A stretch of 64,000 nt of DNA from the NCBI GenBank assembly GCA_965209085.1, contig OZ242376.1, positions 640,001 to 704,000 of the forward strand. Reading direction: 5' to 3'. The translations under genes and the position numbers were made by a program. Source of the stretch: Nitrosopumilaceae archaeon. GTDB taxonomy: Archaea > Thermoproteota > Nitrososphaeria > Nitrososphaerales > Nitrosopumilaceae. Shown piece after piece: positions 33,143 to 44,053 of this stretch. Below the pieces are notes generated by a model. It had not been told where the DNA came from. It did not search any database and worked only from the letters and a program-made list of their open reading frames with translations. How positions within the stretch are numbered: position 1 is the first letter of the stretch; every line of letters starts with the position of its first letter.

Positions 33143-35575
33143 TTATTCATATGGACCTAAAAATCGTATACCATCAAAATGAATCATATGTGATGGAGAA
33201 TCTGCGATCCAAACTTCAGATTCCCACGATATTTTTTGTAAATATTTGCGCATGGTCGCTTTATTTAAAAATGCAGTAATAAAGACTAGACCAACTTTTG
33301 ATTTAGAAAAAATCTTTTTTAGTTCTAATCGTCTTTTATCATCCATCGGTCCATGACTAGTTACCGCTTCAATTATTAATAACCATTCATCTTTATGTTG
33401 AATTATAACATCTGGCATTTTTCCATGTGGATCTATGGTTATGCCTAGTTCTTTTAATCTGTCGTTTCCAATACTAGATTTTTTTTTAGCATCGCCAACA
33501 TAAAGTAAACACCCACCTGGAGCAAATCTTGGACCTAATTCGGTCCAAATTTTTTTTATAAGAGGATTTTGCCCCCCGGGAGATAATGATAATAATTTTT
33601 CAGGTATTTTCAATGGTATCATATTCATTTTACGTTTTATTGCATAATTTTGTTTAAGTGAAGGTTGATGTAATCTATATTTTAATAATTTTTTGTTCCA
33701 GTCAATAGTTTTATACGTTTTTAGCAGCTTTAATGATTCTTTAGTTATTCTATAAACAGTTTTTCCACTATTTGGAGGCCTCGTCGGATTATCTGGATTA
33801 ATTTCTATTAGCCCTGCATCTAAAAATTGATGAATTGTTTGTCTTCTCACGGTTTCGCGTGAATTTGGCGCATATTTTTTATCATACTTATTTTCAAAAT
33901 ATTTCATCATTTGTGTAACACCAAGCATTGGATTTTTTGACATACTCCACAGATTGTTTTTATCTAGATCTAGTAGAGCTAATAATGTCAATGCAGAACG
34001 AATGTTTTGTTGTCCTTTAGGAAAGTCTAATTGTTTTAATACGTAGATTGCTTCATTGATTTTTTGTTTTTTTGTCATGATATTATTGGTATTTTTGGTA
34101 TTAAATAATATTTTCCACATAAGCACGTCTATTTTATCTTGGTTATCGTGTACTTCAAGATATTTTACCCCTAATGATTTTAACTGATTATATGTAGGAT
34201 ATTTTATGTATTGAAGATCAGATGCGTTAACTTGTGTATGACCGTTAAATTGTCTGAAATATTGATCCACCATACTAGAATTAAGAAATAGTGATAGACC
34301 ACGTGCAATATTTATATTCATATTTTTATCACCCATATGGAAATAATTTACCCTGTTATCAAATCCGACTAAAGAATATTTATATTCATTTTTTGATATT
34401 ACTGCGCTAGAGATGCGTTTTACTTCTTCTTTAGAACTAAATCGTTTTATAATTACATAATTTTTAATTGTTAATAATAATTTACGAGATTGATGCGTGA
34501 TTTTAATATAATTATGTTTTTTAGAATTAACAGGATGTGTTATAATACCTTCATTGATGTTATATGGTTGAATAAGTGGTATAACATCTTCATCATATTT
34601 ATGCCGTAACAAATGTTTAATTCTAAAATCAACTATTTTACCTGTAGATACATATATGTTAAGATCATACAATGAAGTTTTTAGTTGAGCCATTATTAAC
34701 GATATTTGTTTATTTGAATCATCCGATATTATATGAATAAATTTCTTTGAATCATTTGGTTTGATTATTAAATCACTTGAAATATTTTTTATTATCATGT
34801 TAAAATCATTTGGACTAGATGATGTTGTGATGGTCAGGGTATTTTTTTTAATTTTTTCATTAACAGAATATACAATTATATTTTCCTGCAATACATCATC
34901 GTCACTAAATGATGTAGTTCTAGAATCAAATATATGTATTCTTTTTAAAAGTAATGATCGTAAAAATTTTTTTCTAAATGATTCAAAATAAACACCATTA
35001 CAAAAACTTCTTGGAGATATAAACACCATTTGACCATGTAATTTCAACACTTTTTGAGATATTGCAATGAATGCACTGTAAATATTTGTATGATCAATAT
35101 TTTCTGTTAACAATAATTTAGCTGTAGTAGACGAATTGTTGATTTTTGAGTATGGGGGATTTATTATTATGTGACTAAATTGTTTATTAAAACATGAGGC
35201 TATCATATCCGTAATAAAATTTTTATGAATTACACTATATGAAAAATTTATTCCGTTCTTATTGCATAATGTCATACACCGTTTCATCGATTTTTCTAAA
35301 TATGGTATTAATGATTTATCTATTTCATAGGCGGTTATTCTTATAACATTTGGTCTAAAATTATTATTAATAATTTCTTCTATACATGCTACGGATAACG
35401 CGCCAATTCCAGCTCCAGGATCTAGAATATCTATTTCGTTTTTTTTGTAGCTCATCATGGATGCCATAAGTTTAGAAAGAGAAGCACTTGAAAAATATTG
35501 TTTAAATTTGTCTTTTTTCTTGTGTCGATCCATACTCAATCTTAATACATCGACATATGATGATATTTCATTCAT
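33143..35575 (-). CDS. Fused adenine methyltransferase + BsuBI/PstI-family restriction endonuclease
   Basis: LDPGAGIG, NPPY, FNGHTQVNA, then YAPNSRETVRRQTIHQF, HGKMPD, IEAVTSHGP, WESEVW. Confidence 0.88.
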   Translation of the reverse strand: MNEISSYVDVLRLSMDRHKKKDKFKQYFSSASLSKLMASMMSYKKNEIDILDPGAGIGALSVACIEEIINNNFRPNVIRITAYEIDKSLIPYLEKSMKRCMTLCNKNGINFSYSVIHKNFITDMIASCFNKQFSHIIINPPYSKINNSSTTAKLLLTENIDHTNIYSAFIAISQKVLKLHGQMVFISPRSFCNGVYFESFRKKFLRSLLLKRIHIFDSRTTSFSDDDVLQENIIVYSVNEKIKKNTLTITTSSSPNDFNMIIKNISSDLIIKPNDSKKFIHIISDDSNKQISLIMAQLKTSLYDLNIYVSTGKIVDFRIKHLLRHKYDEDVIPLIQPYNINEGIITHPVNSKKHNYIKITHQSRKLLLTIKNYVIIKRFSSKEEVKRISSAVISKNEYKYSLVGFDNRVNYFHMGDKNMNINIARGLSLFLNSSMVDQYFRQFNGHTQVNASDLQYIKYPTYNQLKSLGVKYLEVHDNQDKIDVLMWKILFNTKNTNNIMTKKQKINEAIYVLKQLDFPKGQQNIRSALTLLALLDLDKNNLWSMSKNPMLGVTQMMKYFENKYDKKYAPNSRETVRRQTIHQFLDAGLIEINPDNPTRPPNSGKTVYRITKESLKLLKTYKTIDWNKKLLKYRLHQPSLKQNYAIKRKMNMIPLKIPEKLLSLSPGGQNPLIKKIWTELGPRFAPGGCLLYVGDAKKKSSIGNDRLKELGITIDPHGKMPDVIIQHKDEWLLIIEAVTSHGPMDDKRRLELKKIFSKSKVGLVFITAFLNKATMRKYLQKISWESEVWIADSPSHMIHFDGIRFLGPYE

Positions 35576-35618
35576 GAATTAATGTACTATAACTACCATA
35601 TATCATATGATCATTAAT

Positions 35619-37119
35619 AGAGTTTATCCATGCGAATACTTTAAAGATTTCTTGATTTTCGGTGTCATGCGATATGGCTTTCGCTATGTGTCTGTTTCTA
35701 GTCAAAAGATACAAGACATCTATCCATTCGGGATTTAATCCCACAACCATCTTCATCTACATGTTAAAGATTACCGCAGTTATGCCGCCGAGGTAACATC
35801 CCCAAAGTCTAACCCGCGGTTTGTTGCTTTAACTATGATGTATTTCAAATTCACTCCTATCCTTTAGCATACGAAATATGACATCAAGCATCTTGGCCGC
35901 TGCTGCAACTTTGGCCTTGGATGATCCTCTCTTTTTTGCAAGACGCCGGTAAAATTCAGAAATGTTCCTCTCTGATGAAAATTGGACATGAGTGGTATAC
36001 TGCCGCTCATAAATAAATGCAATTTTTGAAGCATGTTAACATTAGGACTAGGCGTGAATAATTGCAGTTACTTTTGAGTGGCAGTATAATAGCTTCCACC
36101 AGTGCTCACCGCATCATCCTACTTCCTCTTTTTGTTATATGTCCGTGATGGACCACATCTCTGAATTGTGAACAGATGGGGCAAGACCAGCATATGATGT
36201 GAGTTGTTTTGGTTCAGAAAACCTCTCAATTCCATCAATTTCTGCTGCCAGTATCAATGAAATAAAATCCACTATGCCAGGTATTGTCTTGAGCAACATT
36301 GCATCCTTGTTTGAACAGGATGCGTTGTGCACCTTTATGTTTGAATCTGCAATTTTTGTATTAACGAATCCAATAGAATCCAAATATCCGTTTATACGAT
36401 AGTCCTTTAGAAAACGCAGTTTTTATTGTATGCAAGCGTAAATGTTACTCCAAAGATCTTTATCCTTCCCTGTAACAAAATTCCATATATTTTGTTTTTT
36501 TAGAGTTGTTCTTGTCTTGACAAGACTGTTGCGATATTGTACAAGTTGCTGTTGTTCCATTATGTCCTTGTTTGAGACATGACAGAGGGATATGTATCTG
36601 CAGCGTAATATGTCTGCAAGTGTTACAGCATCCCTCTTGTCAGTCTTTTTCTTGGATGCGGCGATGATTTTTGTAGCCCAATGATTTGACAATACGACAT
36701 CATAACCCATCTTGTCTGTCATGCATCGATTTAGTCTGTATCATACGGATGAAGATTCCATGACGATTTTTGCATTTTCAGGTACGCTTGATCAGATGAA
36801 TAATCTGATGGACTTGTTTTCATTTTCAATCCTCTCATTAAAAATCACTTTAGCTTTTTTATCCATCATTGCAATTTGGAGAAATTTCTTGTGAACGTCC
36901 ATTCCCACAAACATATCCTTCCCAGAATATGTGGTAATCTGTTTGTTTACATTTGGATCTTTTTTAGATGATTTACGTCTCGGTAATACGGATCGTTTGA
37001 CATTCTGACAACCATCGATGGTCTTAGAATCTTTCTTCACATATGGTTATGCATAATGAGCCAAATTCACAATTTTTACGAATAAAAATGACCGATTTGA
37101 ACGATTATGTATACGATCT
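35619..37119 (-). mobile_element. MITE interrupted in its TIR by a degenerate IS110 variant 1 (35627-37047)
   Basis: AGAGTT-TA-[IS110]-TA-TGCATAAT...GATCT; the transposase has several stops. Confidence 0.88.
35996..36089. mobile_element. About 90-bp IS630-derived MITE nested in the IS110 copy
   Basis: Absent from other IS110 copies. Ends TATACTGCC.CTCA / TGAGTGGCAGTATA resemble the TIRs of IS630 element 2; TA duplication. Confidence 0.8.
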
Positions 37120-37346
37120 TTTGTATACCTGCAAGCATAAATTCGTTTAAAAATCAACCATTGCACAATATCCATAAACGAGTTCTGCGAAAAATACAAG
37201 AGTTGTGAGTTGGTGTGAAGTTTCGGAAGTGGTTTTTTCATTGACAGATCCACTCCAGAGGAGGTAAAATTTGTAACACTTGGAGCATTCTCATTTTATG
37301 AGGTCTACTCTAATTTCAAGTAATGCTGTAATTTGCTTGATCAAAA

Positions 37347-38315
37347 TTAACAATTTACAACAAACCTCGTCCTATCAGTAACTGTACCGATAATGAGATC
37401 TGTACTTTCTTTTTTATTTGAATCCTGATTGTCCAATTCTACATCGATCACTTTGAAAAGAAATTTTGTATTCTCATCCCATGTGGAAAAATGCATTCCA
37501 CTCGTAAGATAATATCCGATACAATATTCGAACATTTTTTTTGACATTGACATAAAAGATGAATCCATGGTTCTCCCTGATTCATCAGATGTTAATTTTG
37601 TCGGGTGGATTATGAACATGTCCGGTTTGCACGGTGTGGTGACTGTTTCTAATATTTTGAGGGTGATTTTTAGAGCATTTGTTGTTTTGACAGGTACGAC
37701 CTCTACAAGATCGCCATTGTCAATTACACCGTTAAATCTCAAACCCTGATTTATTACAGTTTCAGGTAGTTCGCCATTATATACGAAATGCGATATACAT
37801 GTGGCTACGGTTTGCTTTGCTCCTGTCACTAGGACCGGATCTCCATCGTCAATTCCAAGTTTTTTCACAATATCATAACTTGTACGTAAAATGTTGGCTC
37901 CAACAGGCACTTGCACTAGGGTACTCCGATTGTCATCTTCTGATTCCTCTATCATCCAAACGTCTCTAATGTGCGTATCCGGATCAGCAAGCATGAATGC
38001 TCTCATTTCGCCGTGTGGTATGTAGTACATTCTACTTTTTTTGTAGCGATTTGGATTGAGAATGCCCTCCACATGCTTGTCTATAATGGAATCGGTTCCA
38101 TCCACATTCTTGTTTTCAATCAATCTTGACATCTGATCTAATGGTGCATCGTGAAAATTTACAGTGTGACCATATTTTGATTTTAATTCTTCTTTATCAT
38201 CATCTGTCCATCTGGCAACATGTACGTATGGAACTGGGACATCATCTGCAACACACAGTAACTCATTTATGGCAACTCTAAGCGGTGTTGATTTTTGATC
38301 TTTATTTTTTGACAT
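37347..38315 (-). CDS. Hypothetical protein with a CDC48/VAT N-domain-like region and no ATPase domain
   Basis: KLGIDDGDPVLVTG.KQTVA...LRFNG...GDLVEV resembles the CDC48 double-psi barrel, followed by a CDC48_2-like segment. Confidence 0.55.
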   Translation of the reverse strand: MSKNKDQKSTPLRVAINELLCVADDVPVPYVHVARWTDDDKEELKSKYGHTVNFHDAPLDQMSRLIENKNVDGTDSIIDKHVEGILNPNRYKKSRMYYIPHGEMRAFMLADPDTHIRDVWMIEESEDDNRSTLVQVPVGANILRTSYDIVKKLGIDDGDPVLVTGAKQTVATCISHFVYNGELPETVINQGLRFNGVIDNGDLVEVVPVKTTNALKITLKILETVTTPCKPDMFIIHPTKLTSDESGRTMDSSFMSMSKKMFEYCIGYYLTSGMHFSTWDENTKFLFKVIDVELDNQDSNKKESTDLIIGTVTDRTRFVVNC

Positions 38316-38321
38316 ATTTTT

Positions 38322-41300
38322 TTATTCCTCTGTCGGCTCCACAGGATTCCCGTCTGTTTTGGATGAAGGTTTGCTGGGTTTTTTATGGATGTATTTTTTA
38401 GGTTCATAGTCTGCTGGAAGATCTACTACAAACGTACGTATCCTCTCATAACCTTCATCCACCTCTTCTCGCAGGTTGACAATTTTGCCGTTTGCAGACC
38501 AGACATGGCATTCATCAAAGCCAAGTTCAATCCATTTTCTCATGTTGAATAATACATGCTCTGGGTGGGATTGAACCTCTGTTATTGATTCAATCTCGAC
38601 TGAAACTGCCATACCAACAGAATAATCATATGCAACAAAGTCCGGTCTGTTTTGCCCCTTTTGGGCACTTTGATGTGCAAGGCTGACAAACCATCCTTTT
38701 TTGCGGTAATAATCCACTGCCTGCTGTGCTACAAGTGGGGTATCTGGGGCGCTGCCAATCTGATTGTAATCCAAATCAACGTATGCCTTTATGCCATTAT
38801 CTGTTAGACCATATAACGGACTGCGCTGTACCTTTGAATTTAGAATGTGTTCCACAAAACCTGAATCCTGCAAAGTTGTAAGGGCAGCTGTCACAGCATC
38901 TCGCGTCATGGCCTTTATGCCTCGGGTTATGTCAAGCAGTATGTGCTTTTCATGCATTAGGTGCATTATCACCTGCCATTCTATTTCAAATGGCAGACCA
39001 TTTGAGCAGCATACTTTCCACTTGCTTGCCCCGCCTTGTATTTGATCATACTCTAAATTCTCTTCAAGATCTTTAGATTTTATGCCGTATATGGCCTTAC
39101 ATTTTGCATATATTTCATCAACTTTAACATTGCTTAGCAGAACAGGTGGCGGAGGCAGGGAATTTGTATACACGGGCATGCCAGGCTCGTGTCCATCAGG
39201 GGAGCGTTGCTTTACGTAAAATGCGTGATCTGCAAGTCCTGCAAGTGAATTGCGCAGTTTTTCAGACAGTGCCGGATCCACCATTAGTGCAATTTTAGAT
39301 GCATCAGAGCCTGAGAGTCGGCCAAAGATCATAGTAGAGCAGTTGCCCATAATCCCATCCAAAATTGGTTTGCTAATCTGTGCAGAGTTTTGATGTGCCA
39401 ATATTACACCCATGCCAAAACTGCGGGCCTGTGCCATCAAGGTTGCAATAAGACCCATATCTCCAATTCGCTGAAACTCATCCAATGCAAGTATCACTGG
39501 TATACGCTCCTCTGAACTTGTCCGTACCGCACGTTTTTTTACAGCATACCATATCTTTGAAACCATCGACATCAGCAAAACCCTGTGGGCAATTTCCGGT
39601 GTTTCAGCATCGCTTATGCGAATCAAAATTACAGTATTTGGCTTTAACATTTCACCGAATTTGATCTTGCTTTTTCTAACACCAAAATGCCGGCGCAGAT
39701 ACTCATCTGTAACAAACGGCTCTATGCGGTTTAGTATGGAATTCCATGCATCATCACGAAGTGTCGCAGCTGATTCAAGAGCCTGAATGAATTCTCTGTT
39801 TGGTATGCGATAGGAGCGTTTTATGCGCTCCATTGCCCCATCTTTTTTAAACGTCATTACAAGGCGGTACATGTCCGCAAGTGTTGGAGAATCCGCATTA
39901 TGATAAAGTAATTGTAGCAACAGTTTCAAGAGCCGCTCCATCTGCACATACTGTTGCGTCTGTTGGTAAAATTCCTTAAACATGGATAAAACATGGTCCA
40001 CCATGAACGAGACAGTAACACTCCTCTCGCCGTGCTTGTATTCTGGAAGCTCTAAAAGGTTTATTCCAAAATCCGTCTTGTTTATGTCCAGTAAAATTAC
40101 GTTGATTCCAGGAATTGTGCGTTTTACAAATTCAAAGGTGTCATTTTCCTTGCTGTCGATTCCTATGTAAACGCCTGGTCTGCCGGCGGCCATCGCATTT
40201 ATCATGTGCAAATATATGTTTAACAACATTGTAGTCTTGCCGCAGCCAGATGCCCCTAACACATAGGTGTGCCGTGTTAAATCATCAAGATCGTATACCG
40301 TATTGTGTGAGCTAGACGGTACCATTTGCCCGTATTTGATATTTGCCTGATTATCCTTACTGTCGGTCCCGATTACACATCCGCTGCGCTCTTGTGGGAG
40401 TGTCTCAAAATGTGCCCGATTATATCTGACGGGGAGTGTTTCTGTATACGGCATATGGCATGCGATTTGTATCAGCTCATCCGCATTTAGACAGAAAAAC
40501 GGTACCATGTCGCGGCCTCTACCCCAAAGACCATCCTTCCACATTTTTTTATTATCGTATAGCTGCTGTATTGCATTATCATCGTACATCGTACGGGATT
40601 TCATGTATTGATCAAAATATGGATATTTTTTGTATGTTATCAGCAAACCTCTGTCCTGTTTTGAGCGCAGATGCTCTGCAAGACTCTGCATGGTTTTTAG
40701 ATTTGCACCATGCTCATCTTTTGCAATGATTCCACGTATGCTCATTGCACAAAGGTTCTCATGCACTCTTTGTTCATAATCGGGGCGTGCGGTACGCATG
40801 AATTCTGGCACCTGTTTGTCACTTGGGGTATGGACCGTGTTGTATTTTGGTATAAAATTTCTATCAACGGATGCATGAAAATCTGTTTTGCCCTTTGTAA
40901 TGTCTTTTATTTCATTATATAGTGAGTTTAGATGAATACTGCATGCATCATTTATTCGATCATCACGTACGAATAAAATTTGAATCCATGCATAACTCAT
41001 GTTTGAAATAGTCGATATGAGCATTTCTAGAAAATCTGTATTATCCATCAGCATGGGTGAAAAGTTGAACGCTTTACTAACTTCAATGTCAAACTGTATT
41101 GCATCATCGGGTCTTCCCACAGGTTCTGTCTGCTCCAAATGATCGTAATTTACAAGGTTTAGGGAATTTGTAAAAAATTTCATCTCACCTTGCTGTGCAC
41201 CAAGAATTATCCGAACCTGCTCTGATTTTGGCTCTTTCCACAATTCGATTGCTCTTGTCCTGTTTGTCACGACCGTATTTTGCGTCTTTGATTTTATGCC

Positions 41301-41495
41301 AGATGTGGGGTATATTTCGGCAAGCTGTATGGGATTTTGTACATCCTCTGCTGGCTCATCCATTGCATGCATGCCTCCGCCAAAATATTTCATGTTCGGT
41401 TCTTTGATTTTTTTGCCGTTTTCTTTGATGATTTCATACACTTTCTTTTTTACTGTTCTACCCAGCCAGTCCTTTTTCTCATCATGCCAAACCAC
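38322..41495 (-). CDS. TraD/VirD4/HerA-superfamily ATPase with C-terminal wHTH and PD-(D/E)xK-like region
   Basis: RHTYVLGASGCGKT (Walker A), LALDEFQ (Walker B), ARSFG...LAHQ; C-terminal RPDFVAYD...VEIE. Confidence 0.8.
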   Translation of the reverse strand: MVWHDEKKDWLGRTVKKKVYEIIKENGKKIKEPNMKYFGGGMHAMDEPAEDVQNPIQLAEIYPTSGIKSKTQNTVVTNRTRAIELWKEPKSEQVRIILGAQQGEMKFFTNSLNLVNYDHLEQTEPVGRPDDAIQFDIEVSKAFNFSPMLMDNTDFLEMLISTISNMSYAWIQILFVRDDRINDACSIHLNSLYNEIKDITKGKTDFHASVDRNFIPKYNTVHTPSDKQVPEFMRTARPDYEQRVHENLCAMSIRGIIAKDEHGANLKTMQSLAEHLRSKQDRGLLITYKKYPYFDQYMKSRTMYDDNAIQQLYDNKKMWKDGLWGRGRDMVPFFCLNADELIQIACHMPYTETLPVRYNRAHFETLPQERSGCVIGTDSKDNQANIKYGQMVPSSSHNTVYDLDDLTRHTYVLGASGCGKTTMLLNIYLHMINAMAAGRPGVYIGIDSKENDTFEFVKRTIPGINVILLDINKTDFGINLLELPEYKHGERSVTVSFMVDHVLSMFKEFYQQTQQYVQMERLLKLLLQLLYHNADSPTLADMYRLVMTFKKDGAMERIKRSYRIPNREFIQALESAATLRDDAWNSILNRIEPFVTDEYLRRHFGVRKSKIKFGEMLKPNTVILIRISDAETPEIAHRVLLMSMVSKIWYAVKKRAVRTSSEERIPVILALDEFQRIGDMGLIATLMAQARSFGMGVILAHQNSAQISKPILDGIMGNCSTMIFGRLSGSDASKIALMVDPALSEKLRNSLAGLADHAFYVKQRSPDGHEPGMPVYTNSLPPPPVLLSNVKVDEIYAKCKAIYGIKSKDLEENLEYDQIQGGASKWKVCCSNGLPFEIEWQVIMHLMHEKHILLDITRGIKAMTRDAVTAALTTLQDSGFVEHILNSKVQRSPLYGLTDNGIKAYVDLDYNQIGSAPDTPLVAQQAVDYYRKKGWFVSLAHQSAQKGQNRPDFVAYDYSVGMAVSVEIESITEVQSHPEHVLFNMRKWIELGFDECHVWSANGKIVNLREEVDEGYERIRTFVVDLPADYEPKKYIHKKPSKPSSKTDGNPVEPTEE

Positions 41496-41555
41496 GTATT
41501 ATAATACACGTTCTGATAAAAAAGTATTATTATGAACGATATATGACATAATTAC

Positions 41556-42032
41556 ATGTATGAACACGATTCATATCTTTTAGCATTTATTGATAGTGGT
41601 GGCGACGTATATGATGTTCACATATGTGATGATTTACATTCTAGTGGAACATTTGAATATGTTGAATTCAAGTATTCATTACCTTATGCTCATTATATTG
41701 TAATTTGGAGAAGGGATCACAAAAAAATCACACGAAAAAATGCAGACGTGATTTTTAAATACATAAAAGATGACATGGAAGAATTTATGATGGAGGACGA
41801 AGGGGAAAAGAATGCATGGCACGTGCATATTCGACGTAAGCTAACTCGCGATCATGATTGCTTGGTACTTGCATGGGATAAAATGTCATTGCCAAAATCA
41901 TTTCCAACATGGCCAGAATTTCTTAGTTGGGCATATATGATAGTAGAAGAAAATTCATCTGTTATTGCAGAACCAAATTCAATACATGATAGAGAACTTG
42001 CAATTTATGACGGGCGAATGTTTCCAAAATAA
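41556..42032 (+). CDS. Hypothetical protein
   Basis: 158-aa ORF divergent from the ATPase gene; no recognised motif. Confidence 0.55.
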   Translation: MYEHDSYLLAFIDSGGDVYDVHICDDLHSSGTFEYVEFKYSLPYAHYIVIWRRDHKKITRKNADVIFKYIKDDMEEFMMEDEGEKNAWHVHIRRKLTRDHDCLVLAWDKMSLPKSFPTWPEFLSWAYMIVEENSSVIAEPNSIHDRELAIYDGRMFPK

Positions 42033-42081
42033 ATCTGTCAATATCGGTCTAATAATATAATTCTAAATATAATGGACCTTA

Positions 42082-43413
42082 TCCATGTGAATATTTTTTA
42101 AACGTTTCTTGCTTTTTTGTGTCATGCGGTATGGCTTTCGCTATGTGTCTGGTTCCAACCAAAAGATGAAAAGACATTTACCCATTCGGGATTTAATACC
42201 ACAACCATCTTTATCCACATGTTAAAGCTTACCGCAGTTATACAGCCGGGGTAACATCCCCAAAGTCTAACCCGCGGTTTGTTGCTTTAACTATGATGTA
42301 TTTCAAATTCACTCCTATCCTTTAGCATACAAAATATGACATCAAGCATGTTGGCCGCTGCTGCAACTTTGGCCTTGGATGATCCTCTCTTTTTTGCAAG
42401 ACGTCGGTAAAATTCAGAAATGTTACTCTCTGATGCAAATCAGACATGGGTGGTAACAGCTTCCACCAGTGCCCACCGTATCATCCTGCTGCCTCTTTTT
42501 GTTATATGTCCATGATGTACCACATCTGCTGAATTGCGAACCGATGGGGCAAGACTCGCATATGATTTGAGTTGTTTTGGTTCAGAAAACCTCTCATTTT
42601 CATCAATCTCTGCTGCCAGTACCAATGAAATAAAATCACCTATGCCAGGTATTGTCTTGAGCAACATTGCATCCTTGTTTGAACAGGATGCGTTGTGTAC
42701 TTTTATGTTTGAGTCTGCAATTTTTGTATTAACGAATCCAATAGAATCCAAATATCCGTTTATACGGCAATCCTTTAGAGAACGCAGTTTTCTATTGTAT
42801 GCAAGCGTAAATGTTGCTCCAAAGATCTTTATCACTCCCTGTAACAAAATTCCATGTATTTTGTTTTTTAGAGTTGTCCTTGTCTTGATAAGACTCACGA
42901 TATCGTACAAGTTGTCGTTGTTCCACTATGTCCTTGTTTGAGACATGACAGAGGGATATGCATCCACACCGTAATAGGTCTGCAAGTGTTACAGCATCCC
43001 TCTTGTCGGTCTTTTTCTTGGATGCGGCGATGATTTTTGTCGCCCATGGATTTGACAATACGACATCATAACCCATTTTATCTGTCATGTATCGATATAA
43101 TCCGTACCATACGGACGAAGATTCCATTACGATTTTTGCATTTTCAGGTACACTTGATCTGAAGAATCGGCTGATGGACTTGTTTTCATTTTCAATCCTC
43201 TCATTAAAAATCACTTTGGCTTTTTCATCCATCATTGCAATTTGGAGAAATTTCTTGTGAACGTCCATTCCAACAAACATATCCTTCCCAGAATATGTGG
43301 CAATCTGTTTGTTTACATTTGGATCTTTTTTAGATGATTTACGTTTCGGTGATACGGATCGTTTGACATTCTTACAACCATCTGTGGTCTTAGAAGCTCC
43401 CTTCACATATGGT
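42082..43413 (-). mobile_element. IS110 variant 1, pseudogenised
   Basis: Same ends and TA flanks as other copies. One flank is TIR-like (GGACCT). Shares its frameshift and premature TGA with 46400-47730. Confidence 0.9.
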
Positions 43414-43890
43414 TATAACTGATAGAAAAGGTGATGCGCTACAGCTTTCCAGTCTACTAGAGGATGCAAAAAACGTTCTCGGGAAACGACCTGTGCTAAA
43501 CGGGGATGGAAGTTATGATTCAAAGGAGAATTTTAATTATTGTCACAGGCTGGAAGTGGATGCAAGAATTAAAGTTAGCATAAACTCTGGGTTAAATGCT
43601 GGAGGATTTGCACGCAATTCCCCAGTACGGGATCAGCTCGGTGGATGAAAAGATCGCTAACGTATAATGCACATACGCAAAGATGAGATGATACACAATA
43701 GGATCGAGTGGAAAAACGTGTGCATTATGGACGGAGATGGATAACAGAGGTAGTTTTTTCAGCGTTTAAGAAAATCTTTGGTGATTCTGTATACTCTAAG
43801 AAATGGGACAATATTGTCCAGGAGATTCGAATAAAAGTATCAGCATATTGGCTGTTTCTAGTGACGATCTGTATTGATTTTTGATTCAAA
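43414..43890 (+). pseudogene. IS5 (IS903-like) transposase C-terminal remnant
   Basis: GDGSYDS, and HYGRRWITEVVFSAFKKIFG in a shifted frame. Confidence 0.65.
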
Positions 43891-44053
43891 TCCATTGCTG
43901 TGTACACCATTGTCTTTTTCGTAGTTTAAGGGCTTTTTGATTTTTTCATACATACCACCTCCTACAGGGATCCACATCAGACCATTTTTTCTATGTGTAT
44001 GTGTATCACAAAATTAAGAAAAATTTAATACCACACAAGTAAATTTAATCATA

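Noticed and set aside
32899-33279. 126-aa ORF
   Set aside because: Chimera of an IS110 left-end fragment reading into the antisense of the R-M gene.
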